A stretch of DNA of 64,000 bases from Eledone cirrhosa (taxonomy: Eukaryota). Positions 34,748-46,293 of the stretch are shown here, in pieces. The position numbers were made by a program, and so were the translations under genes. The stretch's first letter is position 1. Every line of letters begins with the position of its first letter. The stretch lies in contig OZ024742.1 in assembly GCA_964016885.1 (NCBI GenBank), positions 287,122,001-287,186,000 on the forward strand. The letters run 5' to 3'. A model generated the notes under the pieces. The model worked only from the letters and a program-made list of their open reading frames with translations, had not been told where the DNA came from and searched no databases.

Positions 34748-37700
34748 CTAGAAAGAGAAATATAAAGAAATACAATTACAATAGAGTTATCATCTCAAGA
34801 TGGAATTAACAAGAATTTTATCAAATTCTCTCATCTTTTATCTTCTATAAGCTTTAGTTATTATGTGCCAGGAGTTGCAACTGGTAGATAGTATCAGCAA
34901 TGGAAAGATCAATGGAAACATTGTTGCCTTGATTTGATTTGATGATCAGCTCCTTTCTTTTGCCAGGAGTTGCGACTGGTAGATAGTGTCAGCAATGGAA
35001 AGACCAATGGAACCATTGTTTCCTTGGTCCAGTTTGACAAGTTCCACCTCACTTGGTGAGCAAATGAGGTCTAGGATCCTGTCAGATCAGTTGGGGATGG
35101 TTGCTTCTGACAAGATCTGCTGAAGGAGTGTTTAAGGCTTCTGCCCCACGACCTTCTCAAGAATAAGTGGGTGAAGAAAAAGAAGATTTTATGGACAGGA
35201 GACCCAGGGGTAGACACCAAGCAAGTTGGTTGGATAACATCCATAAGCTTGGCTGGTCTTGCTTGGGGATCCAGCTGGATCAGTTGGGGATGGTTGCTCC
35301 TGGCAGGACCTGCTGGAAGGAGTGTTTAGAGACTCTGCCCCCACGCCCCTCTAGGAATAAGTGGGCAAAGAAGAAAAAGAAAAAGAAAAAGAAAAAGAAA
35401 AAGAAAAAGAAAAAGAAAAAGAAAAAGAAAAAGAAAAAGAAAAAAAATTTATGGGCAAAATCAACTGGCTGGAGACCCATAGGTAGACCACGAGCAAGAT
35501 GATAGGATAACATCCACAAGCTCAGCTGGTCTCATTTGGGGAGAAGAAGAAGAGTTTAAATATTTTATAAACTGATTTATACATTACCTTTTGTCTCTCT
35601 ATTCTGGCAACAATTTTATCTTCTTCTGGTGTTCTACAATCTTCCATAGAATTATTTTGGTCGGGATGGAAGCAACAGTAAAATAACAGCAAGCAGATGA
35701 CTCCTGGTAGAGACATAAATATAAACATAGACAATATATATTATATACATACACTATATTATATATACATGTATTATATACATGACAAAAATGACCAATC
35801 CACAAGTGGTCATATAGGGGTCATGACAAAAAGCATCCAGTCCACACTGTAAAATGGTCATGTAGATGTCACAACAAACAGCATCCAGTCCACACTGTAA
35901 AGTGGTCATGTAGATGTCACAACAAAAAGCCTCCAGTCCATAGTGTAAAGTGGTCATGTAGATGTCACAACAAAAAGCACTCAGTCCATATTGTAAAGTG
36001 GTCATGTAGATGTCACAACAAAAAGCATCCAGTCCACACTGTAAAGTGGTCATGTAGGTGACACAACAAAAAGTACCCAGTCCACACTGTAAAGTGGTCA
36101 AGTAGGTGTCACAACAAAAAGTACCCAGTTCACACTGTAAAGTGGTCATGTAAGTAGGTGACACAACACGAACAATTAACAAAGAAATGGAAACCAAACT
36201 ACTTACCTATGAGGAATCCAGTAAAAACGAGAGCTGTGAATAACCACTGATATATTTCATGTATCTGTAGTGGAGTGAGTAACCAAGCAATAACAGCAAG
36301 GGAATTCTCCAGTAAAAGAAGAGCATAAAAGAAGAACAAACGCCACCGTCCAGATCCTTTTTGAATGTGTAAGAATGAGAAGATATAGATGAAACCCACA
36401 GCACATGAAAGTAATTTGTCTTGCCACCAAACACTACTTAGTTTTGGTTTCTCACCAATTATCCACAGACTCATCAATAACCAATGAACACCTGAAGACA
36501 GACAGAAATATTGATTAAATAGTTATTGTTTTTTTTCAATAAAATATTTTGTTTGATATATCCAAATAAATTGTACTGCTCCTCATATAAGCCCCCCCCC
36601 CTCCACATATATATATCATCATCATCATTTTACATCCACTTAGAGAGAGAGAGAGAGAGATACTTACACACACACACTCTTTGATAATGTCTCCTCTCTC
36701 TGATAATGTCTCCTCTCTCTAATAATGTCTCCTTCTCTCTCTGATAATGACTCCTCTCTCTGATAATGTTTCCTTCTCTCTGATAATGTCTCCTGTCAGT
36801 ATTTTCTCCTTCAGTTGTAAGAAACTCTCATGAGACCTGGACAGCATAAGGTCTTCAGAGAAGAAACTCCCCCTCAAGCAGACGTTTGAACCCTTAACAT
36901 CAAAGTATAAATATATTCATTTCATAATATACTTACCTATGGCACAAAATATCCACGCCTTAAAGCAAAGGGCAAACATAATAACTGCAGCCACTCTGGA
37001 CAAGGTCATTCCCATCTGCCAACCAATTTGTAACAGAAAACTGGGCCATTTTTGACGAGGTCTGTTTCGAGACTGAAGTCGGAGGTTGTCGGTGTATGTT
37101 ACAAAACCCCAAGCAAATGATATGAGAGAAATTATTAAAGAAAAACCTGCAAAACATAAATTAAAAGAAATAAAATAAGTATTTGAAGATATTGTTAGCC
37201 TGTACATGTCTTCAACATCAAAATAGATTAATTTACTTGTTAACCCTTTAGTATTTACATTACTCATTATTACTACTGTATTTTCACAGTAAAGGCTTTA
37301 CCTCACATAATTATTTCACATAATATCAAATCCACGAGATTTTGATATTTATTTTGAGAACAATACCTTAACATCAGTGTAAGTGGTCAGTTACAGCCAG
37401 TTTGAATAGAAAGAGGTGAGAGAATTCTGGCCAGATATGGCTGGTTTAAATGCTAAAGGGTTAAAGGAATTGATCAACAAGATATCAAACCAATGTTTCC
37501 ATTGGTCTTTCTAATTGTTGATACTATCTACCAGTTGCAACTACTGGCAGAAAGAGCAGTATAAAATAAAGTGTCCTGCTCAAGGACATAACGCAAGGCC
37601 CAGTTCAGGAATCAAACTCGCAGTCCTGATATTGTGAATCAAACTCTCTAACCACTAAACCACACACCTTTCCTAACTGAATTAAACATTTTGTTTTAAA

Positions 37701-40700
37701 GGTAGGCTCGAGAAATATTACTGAATAAATAATATTTCTAATAAACAATTGTATTTTTAATGAAGCTTTGAATGAATTATGGATGTATGTTAGCTTAAAG
37801 TTAACAGTTTTAGTGAACTGTGGGTGTATGGTAGCTTAAAGTTAACAGTTTCAATGAATTATGGATGTATGTTAGCTTAAAGTTAACAGTTTCAGTGAAC
37901 TGTGGATGTATGGTAGCTTAAAGTTAACAGTTTCAGTGAATTGTGGATGTATGGTAGCTTAACCCTTTAATGTTCAAACCGGCCAGAATTTTCTACCTCT
38001 TTCTGTTGAAACTGGCTGTAACTGGTTGGTCAAACTGATGTTAAGGTATTGTTCTCAAAATAAATACTTTCAAAATCTCATAGATTCGATATTATATGAG
38101 ATAATTATGCGTTACCATGAAAATATAATAGTATATATAGAGTAATGTGAATGCTAAAGGGTTAACGTTAACAGTTCAGTGAACTGTGGATGTATGGTAG
38201 CTTAAAGTTAACAGTTTCAGTGAATTGTGGATGTATGGTAGCTTAAAGTTAACAGTTTCAGTGAATTGTGGATGTATGGTAGCTTAAAGTTAACAGTTTC
38301 AATGAATTGTGGATGTATGGTAGCTTAAAGTTAACAGCTTCATTACAGGTTTTTGGCTATGAAAAGTGTAGGGGATTATAAAACAGAAAAAGTAGATAAC
38401 ATCATATATTCAATATTAGGGGATATTAGGGGTTTATAAGATAGAAAAAGTAGACATCATATGTCCAGTTTCTAGGGGTTTATAAAATAGAAAAAGTGGA
38501 CAGCAATGTCTGTCCAATTTTCAGGGGTTTATAGGACAGACAAGTTGACAGCATCATCTGTCCTCTTCTTTCTGTTTCTATAGGTTAATAAAACCCCACT
38601 TGTTTGAGTAAAAGACCTAAATTGAAATAGTTAACTTGTTGCTAATTTAAATTCAATATTTATAAAGTTTAAAACTCACCTGTCCCAGCAGAGCCATACC
38701 AGGAAGATACAAGTACATAGGACTGAAGAATTAACTGAGGAGCTGCTTCAAGGAAAGTTTGAAAGAGTCGAAGAAGAAAGGCATTATTGACTTGCTTGAA
38801 TAACTTCTCAGTTCTATGAGGATCAGAAGTAGTTTTAACCACACTCCACGTCAACAATACATCAGCATACCTAGAAAAGGTTAACAAAGAAGACAGGAAT
38901 TTTCATTTTTAATGCTTTTATTCGATGATCAAGGTGGTGAATTGGCAGAGTTGTTAAAATGTTGGATAGAATGCTTTGTGGTATTCATAACAGCTTTCTG
39001 CTCTCTGAGTTCAAATGAAGCCGAGGTCAACTTTGTCTTTCATCCATTTAAGGTCGATAAAAAAAAGTACCAGTCAAGTATTGGGGTCGATTCTTCTTCT
39101 ATATATCTTTCTCTCTCACTTTCTATCCTTCTCTTGAAGACATCTGCTGTATTGAAACCAGGAGAAGGACGGGCTCTGCCAGACTCAACTTAAAATACTG
39201 TATGTCAATACAGTGTCCATACGACTCCATCAGAAGTTACGTCAGTATGAGTGGCCAGTTACAACCGGTTTGAACAGAAAGAGGTGAGAGAATTCTGGCT
39301 AGATATGGCCAGTTTAAATGCTAAAGGGTTAAGAAGACAATACACTGTCTGGTCCAGAAATCAAACTCACAGACATATCATCATACTTCTAATACTCTTA
39401 TACACTAAGCAAAAAATAATATATGATTAGAAAATATTTCCAAATCAACAACAAAGTTCTAAAAACCAACTTAGGTTATCTCACTAACACAGGACAGGGG
39501 GAGATAAAATAGAATATAAATGTGTGAACTGAATGGATGTCACTCAACAAAGCTTGAGATAGAGTGAATAGATGTAATTTTCTTTGATATTACATCCAAC
39601 CTTTTAGTATAAAATGTGAAAGTGGAATGACATAGTTTAGCTTGTTTTTATGTTGTTTTTAGGCTGTTTTTCTCTGCTGCTTTGGAAGACATCAGGAGAA
39701 GAAATTAGAATAATTTAACATCATCAAATGAGCATTCCTCAAAGCTGGGTACAGTTTTTTTCATAATGATTTGTTCAAAAGTTACACAGTCCCAAAATCT
39801 AAATTAAAAATGTTATATAATAAATCTACTGTTTTGTAAAATGTTGTTTATTTTATTTTTAAATTTCATATCAGGAAATTTCACTTCATTTAGTGCTGGT
39901 GCCACAATAAAACACACCTAGTCCACTCTGTAAAGTGGTAGTGCTGGTGCCACAATAAAATGTACCCAATAAAATGTATCCAGTATATGCTGGTGCCACA
40001 ATAAAATGTACCCAATCCATCTGTAAAGTGGTAGTGTTGGTGACACAATAAAATGTACCAAGTCAACTCAGTAAAGTGGTAGTGTTGGTGACACAATAAA
40101 ATGTACCAAGTCAACTCAGTAAAGTGGTAGTGATGGTGCCACAATAAAATGCACTCAATCCACCCAGTAAAGTGGTAGTGTTGGTGCCACAATAAAATGC
40201 ACCTAGTCCACTCTGTAAAGTGGTAGTGATGGTGCCACAATAAAATGTACCCAGTACACTCTGTAAAGTGGTAGTGTTTGTCCCACAATAAAATGTACCC
40301 AGTCCACTCTAAAGTAGTAGTGCCAATGATCCCCATCATTTAATGCCTGCTTTTCCTTACTAGCCTATGTTGGATGAATCATCACAGATCAAGTCAGTAC
40401 TTAATCAGAATTACTGTCATCTCACCAATGTGCCATCAGAGTTATTGTCATCTTACCAATGTACCAGGCACCAGGTGACACACATCTCACATCACATTAT
40501 CTTACAGACAATCTCATGGATGGACCAGGGGCCACATATCACATTATTCTATAGAAAATCTCATGGATTGACCAGGGGCCAGACATCTTACATTATTCTA
40601 TAGACAATCTCATGGATGGACCAGGGGCCACATATCACATTATTCTATAGATAATCTCATGGATTGACCAGGGGCCACACATTTCATTATTCTATATGAA

Positions 40701-40933
40701 ATCTCCAAGACAGACAGCCTCAAGTAGCAGAAAAAGATCTTACCTTTTTATGAGAGCAAGTCCAATAAAATGGAGGAAACCAGAAACACAACTTATTTTT
40801 GTATTTCTCTCAGTTAACAACCATTTCAAACTGTAGACTTGGATAACAACCATAGGAATTACAACAAAAGCCAAACTCAGAGAAAACCATATCAGTCGCT
40901 CTTCAAACATATATTGTATAACGACAACGACAT
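29933..40933 (-). CDS. XK-related protein (XKR scramblase family) with a very long C-terminal extension; 5' exon not found
   Basis: Exons 40933-40744, 38870-38680, 37146-36937, 36491-36207, 35703-35588, 34747-29933; GT-AG and phase-consistent. XK motifs: WFSLSLAFVVIP..Q..S..W, LRLFQTFLEAAPQLILQ, SLISFAW, SRVAA..MFA, HWLLM, FYALLLLEN, FYCCFHP. Confidence 0.9.
35080..35535 (+). mobile_element. Tandem LINE 3'-end fragments with a (GAAAAA)n tract
   Basis: Remnant RRPRGR..WLDNI coding sequence repeated; related minus copies at about 5260-5365 and 18670-18870. Confidence 0.6.
35588..35703 (-). CDS. XKR exon (end of XK domain)
   Basis: GVICLLLFYCCFHPDQNN..IERQK|gtaatg. Confidence 0.88.
35790..36165. 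repeat. Minisatellite of about 45 bp derived from a SINE/LINE-tail core
   Basis: gtcacaacaaaaagcatccagtccacactgtaaagtggtcatgtaga, about 8 copies; a similar array is at 39890-40320. Confidence 0.85.
36207..36491 (-). CDS. XKR exon
   Basis: GVHWLLMSLWII..GFIYIFSFLHI..RWRLFFFYALLLLEN..GFLI|gtaag. Confidence 0.92.
36937..37146 (-). CDS. XKR exon
   Basis: GFSLIISLISFAWGFVTY..WQMGMTLSRVAAVIMFALCFKAWIFCAI|gtaag. Confidence 0.92.
37244..37460. mobile_element. piggyBac-like MITE
   Basis: TTAA|CCCTTTAG...CTAAAGGG|TTAA. Confidence 0.85.
37770..38340. repeat. 41-bp minisatellite interrupted by a MITE
   Basis: Unit gtgaattgtggatgtatggtagcttaaagttaacagtttca. Confidence 0.9.
37963..38161. mobile_element. 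piggyBac-like MITE (opposite orientation to the 37244 copy)
   Basis: TTAA|CCCTTTA...CTAAAGGG|TTAA, inserted at the TTAA of a repeat unit. Confidence 0.88.
38680..38870 (-). CDS. XKR exon
   Basis: RYADVLL..LLRLFQTFLEAAPQLILQSYVL..GT|gtgag. Confidence 0.93.
40744..40933 (-). CDS. XKR exon (first visible; enters in phase 1)
   Basis: gtctttcag|(D)VVVVIQYMFEERLIWFSLSLAFVVIPMVVIQVYSLKW..FLHFIGLALIK(R)|gtaag. Confidence 0.88.
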
Positions 40934-41041
40934 CTGAAAGACAAACAGAAAATTGTTAATTAAACAGAGAAATTAAAGAAAAAATACAAATGAGCTTGAA
41001 AAACAAAATTAAAGTTATAGTTCACACCTATACAGCTTTAA

Positions 41042-41222
41042 CCCTTTAGCATTTAAACCAGTTGTATCTGGCCAGAATTCTGCCACCTCTTACTGTTCAA
41101 ACCAGCTGTAACCGGCTACTCATACTGACGTTAAGGTGTTGTTCTCAAAATAAATAATATCAAAATCTTATATTACTGTGAAAATACAATAGTAAATATA
41201 GACTAATGTAAATACTAGAGGG
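41042..41222. mobile_element. piggyBac-like MITE
   Basis: TTAA|CCCTTTAG...CTAGAGGG|TTAA, same internal sequence as the other copies. Confidence 0.85.
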
Positions 41223-42176
41223 TTAAGCTGACTGCTTTCCAGGTTGCATCTCATAGATTTCTCAGGGGCCCTACTCCAACCATGTATACAATACATATAC
41301 CTATACACTTTACAAGCTGACTGCATACAAGGTTGTATCTCACAAGAGGTTTCTCAGGTGTTTTAATATTAGGGGCCTCAATCCTAACATAAAATGACTG
41401 CCCTCTGAACCAGGCCCCAATGCATTGCAGGGGTTAACCCCCAGCTGATTCTGGCATTCATTTTTTTTCAGCTGAGGGGACAGGAATGATGTGAACTGGG
41501 GTGTCTTGCTCAAAGACACAATCCACCAACCAAGAAAGGAATGGAACCCACAATCTCATGATTGGCAGAGCAACACCCTAACCAAATGAGCTTGGAAAGT
41601 GGTAAAGTATAAAAAGCCATTTGACTTTCATCCTTTCTAGGTCAATAAAACAGTGCTAGTTCAACCCTAAGAAACAGCTTGAAAAATAAACACGATGATG
41701 ATGATGATGATGATGGCAATGATGAGGAGGAAGAAGAGGAGGAGGATAGTAATGGTTTCTGATTGAGGCACAAGGCCAGCAATTTGGGAGAAGGGGAAAG
41801 TTGATTAGATTGTGACCAGTATGTTACTGCTACTTTATTTTATCAATTCCATAGGGATAAAAAGCAAAGCTAACCTCAGGAGGATTTGAACTCAGAATGT
41901 AAAGAGCCTGAACAGATGACATGAAGTAGTTTACTCAATGCTCTAAGGATTCTGCCAATCCACTGCCCTTGGATAATAATTGTTTCTACTTTTGGCACAA
42001 GGCCAGTGGATAATAATAAGAGCAATTAATGTAATTACAGAGAATTTCCTAAATGTTTAAAACAAAAATCTCACTTTGATAACATTTATATGAGATCAAA
42101 TAGAATATATAAAAGTTATTCATAAAGCTGCATGAATAATTATGAAGAGTGTAGTATGAGAGAAGATATAGCTTAA

Positions 42177-42397
42177 CCCTTTAGCATTTACATTACTCTA
42201 TATTTACTATTATATTTTTGAGGTAAAGACTTTACCTCACATAATTATCTCACATAATATCGAATCTATGAGATTTTGATACTATTTATTTTGTGAACAA
42301 TACCTTAACATCAGTATGAGTGGACGGTTACGGTTATTTCGAACAGAAAGAGGTGAAAGAATTCTGGCTGGATATGGCTGGTTTAAATTCTAAAGGG
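42177..42397. mobile_element. piggyBac-like MITE
   Basis: TTAA|CCCTTTAG...CTAAAGGG|TGAA, same internal sequence as the other copies. Confidence 0.82.
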
Positions 42398-42404
42398 TGA
42401 ATTC

Positions 42405-42920
42405 TTATTTCCCTGTATATGGCTAATATAGACATCATAGTATGAGAGATATAGCTTATTTCCTTGCGTGTGGTTAATATAGACACTATAGTATGAGAGA
42501 TATAGCTTATTTCCTTGTGTGTGGATAATATAGACACTATAGTATGAGAGATATTTCTGTGTGTGGTTAATAGAGACAGTATAGTAGGAGAGATATAGCT
42601 TATAGCCCTCTGTGTGGTTAATAGAGACACTATAGTACGAGAGATAATACAGTTTATTACCCTGTGTGTGGTATATAGACACTATAGTATGAGAGATATA
42701 GCTTATTGCCCTCTGTGTGTGGCTAATATAGATAGTACAGTATGAGAGATATAGTTTTTTTCCTGTATGTGGCTAATATAGATAGTACAGTATGAGAGGT
42801 AATATAGCTTATTTCCCTGTGTCTGTCGCTAATATAGACACTATAGTACAACTGATGTAGCTTATTGCCCTGCGTGCATGGCTAATATAGATAGTACAAC
42901 TGATGTAGTTTATTGCCCTA
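42405..42920. repeat. Minisatellite, unit about 45-50 bp
   Basis: Repeats of tgtggctaatatagacactatagtatgagagatatagcttatttccctg. Confidence 0.85.
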
Positions 42921-44364
42921 TTTTTATAGTATACATTAGTAAAAACACTATTATTCAAATTATTTAATGATTAGGGACACGTTAGGAAGCTCTTTACAAC
43001 ATACATTGTTATCTGAGCCTTAAAGTGCTGAAGGCTAGATGGAAAAGCACCCACTCACTCATTCACCTACCTACATACATACATGAATGTCTGATTTTCA
43101 GCAAATGACTGAATAATTTTGTATATCCTTATGTATCATCTTTATTATTTTATGTCCACTTTTCCATGCTTACATGGGTTGGATGGGCTTACTCCAGCAC
43201 AGCTTCCTGTCATCTGTTGTATTCATATGTCATCTTCTCCATGAGACCAGCTCTCATCACTTCTGCACAAATCTTCCATGGTCTTCCTCTACTGCAGCTT
43301 TCCTCCACTTGTATTTCTTCATTGTCTATTCTGTGAGGTTCAGAGATTTGAAACCAGCTCTCATCATTTCTGCCCAAGCTGGTAAGGCTATTTAACCCCC
43401 TAGTTAGGGTGGATGGCTGTTGTCTCAGGGACATTCATCTGTCCCTTGAACAGGTCTCGCTTTTTGTGCTGCTGGGGTTCCAATTACCCTCCTCACCAGA
43501 ACAGGATCTTGTGGGGGAGCCAGTTTAGTCACTGACCACTCAACCATGAAGCTGGTTGTACTGTTTATATGGTACTAGTAACTGACCTGACTAAACCAGG
43601 GTCTGGTGGGGAGCTGGTTTAGTCACCAATCACTTCACCATGAAGCAGGTTGTACTGGGTTACATGGCACCAGTAGCAGCGTGTATAATTATATTAAAAT
43701 TTTCCCTCATAATTTTTAGAAATTTTTGTTAAGTAATGTTTCAAACATCAGATCACAAATGAAAGAATTATTTTATTAGGTTCCTACAAATCTTTTAGCA
43801 AGAAATACTGCATGGAACAGGAAGAGAGCTATATATATTATTTTAGCTGTCAGAGGTTGTATTACACTGGATATAGACACAGTAGCTATAGAGTCTAGAA
43901 CCATCTATTCCAGTGACTAACCATTCAATCTAGGACAATCCCAGCCTAAAGCTATCAGTCATTTTCTTACCTGATGAAAAACAACAACAAAACAATAATT
44001 ATGTATATTTAAAGTGTAAAGGAAGGAAGGAAGCAGTAATTAGTGAGTTGAAGAGAATATGAGGGTCAGAGCCTTCACTCCCCACTACCACCACCACATT
44101 TGATGCAAAGAAGAAGAAGAAAAAGAAGAAAAAGAAGAAAAAGAAGAAAAAAAAGAAAAAGAAGAAAAAGAAGAAAAAAAAGAAAAAAAAGAAAAAGAAG
44201 AAAAAGAAGAAGAATTAAGTTGTAGAATATGTTGACATTTCTCAAACTGTTCTTTACATTCCTCAGAGTCCTTCCCCCCTCTCTTAATGAGTTTCATCTC
44301 TACTGAGAGTATACTTTTCTCTCCAACACTTGGCACATATTTAGTACTACGTATACACATATAT

Positions 44365-45250
44365 ATCATCATCATTTTACGTCCGCTTTTCCCTGCTTGC
44401 AAGGGTGGGACGGGTCCTATTCAGCACAGCATCTCTCCACTTGTCACGGTCATCTCCACCGTGAGCTTCAGCAATCTGAGGTATGCTCGCACCACCTCCA
44501 CTCATGTTTTTCGTGGTCTACCTCTACCACGTCTTCCTTCAACTGGCATTTCCTGGCACTTATTCACCCATCGGTCATCCTCCATGTGCATCACATGTCC
44601 ATACCATCGCAGTCTCCTCTCTCGCACACTACAATTTATCCCTCTCAGACACAGTTTCTCTCTCAACACATCCATGCTTGGTCGTTCACGCACATTGACA
44701 TTGCACATCCAACGGAGCATGTTTGCCTCATTTCTCTCTAGCCATCGCATATCCTCTGCAGTTGCTGCCCATGTCTCAATACCGTGCAGCATCGCGCTCC
44801 TCACACAGGCAGAAACCCTTCTTCGTACACAGGGAGAAACCCTTCTTCATCAGCAGAGGAAGCAGCTCCCTAAACTTCTTCCAACCCGTCCTTATTCTAG
44901 ATACTATGGCCTCGGACCACCCCCCTCCTATGCTAATCTGATCTCCTATGTACCGGAAGCTATCCACCACTTCTATAGCACCCACCTGCATTTGAAAAAT
45001 GTGTCTATCGATGCGACTTCTGTTAAATTTCCCTGTACATCTTCTGCATACGTATATTTCTTCCTACCTGTTAGTTTGCCTGCTATCCCACTACATCTCT
45101 TGTGTACCCAAGATCTGTATTGTGTGCATTTTATAGAATTTATGCCAGTTCCTTTTCTGCTTATCGAACATAGCCATTTCCCTGACAGAATCAGAGTTTT
45201 GTCCTCTTTTCTACTCATCAACACTTTTGTCTTAGCTAGGTTCACTCTCA
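44365..45250 (-). mobile_element. RTE LINE 3' half (5'-truncated)
   Basis: [55 protein letters not shown]; ends in gcggacgtaaaatgatgatg. Confidence 0.92.
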
Positions 45251-45315
45251 GTGCTCATAGATATGCATGCATACATTATATATATATATATATATATACA
45301 TAGATATGCATGCAT

Positions 45316-45359
<44 letters not shown>

Positions 45360-45372
45360 GATATGCATGCAT

Positions 45373-45462
<90 letters not shown>

Positions 45463-46293
45463 TATATATATATAAATATAAGTGCATGCATATATACATA
45501 TATATACATGTGGACGGTGTGTGTGTGTCTGACTGTGATACACGCCACCGACCGTTCTCTCTTCACCGATTCCACCTCACTCATCTTGAAGCTATTGAAG
45601 AGATAAGACACTCTATTCTGAAAGGCTAAAATGAATCACTAGAGTTGATTTGGCTTCGTTCCAGTCATCCATCCATACAAATTTTACGAAGGTATTTCAG
45701 CTCCCACAACACATCTACTTTGTTATTCTCCTACCATGCTGACTGTCTATTTTTCCTCTACCATGCTGACTCTATTATTAATATTATTGTTGATGTATTC
45801 TATCGGCTACTTTGCCATGCGGCAACCCTCTCTCTCTATATGATGGCTACCCCCTCTCTATCTCTCTCTCTATGATGGCTACCCTCTCTCTATCTATCTC
45901 TAAGCCACCCATTACCTCCCGTTCCCTCTTCACCCATTCCACCTCACTCATCTTGAAGCTATTGAAGAGATAAGACACACTATTCTGAAAGGCTAAAATG
46001 AATCACTAGAGTTGATTTGGCTACATTCCAGTCATTCATCTTGACGGCGACCCTCTCTCCCTACCTCACAATTTCCCTCCCACTCACACCACCATAGCCT
46101 ATTCGACCAATCAAACCTCAGCATGCCATTTCTTCTGCTACTACTACCTAACTAACTCTCTCCTCCCCTGTCTCAGCCCAATACACCCTGCCATTAGCCC
46201 ACCACCACTGTTCTTCTAGCCCTGAATTTTCCTACCGTTATGGATGGATGAGCTGAGAATAAATTTGAGCAACTCTGAATTAATAGATGAAAT

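Noticed and set aside
35167-35519. Poly-Lys / poly-Phe ORFs
   Set aside because: A (GAAAAA)n tract within LINE tail remnants in an XKR intron.
44287-45303. 338-aa plus-strand ORF
   Set aside because: Antisense shadow of the RTE LINE fragment.
40934-46290. First coding exon of XKR
   Set aside because: Candidate minus-strand donors (about 43066, 43495, 43970) have no open hydrophobic phase-1 frame resembling the XK N-terminus.
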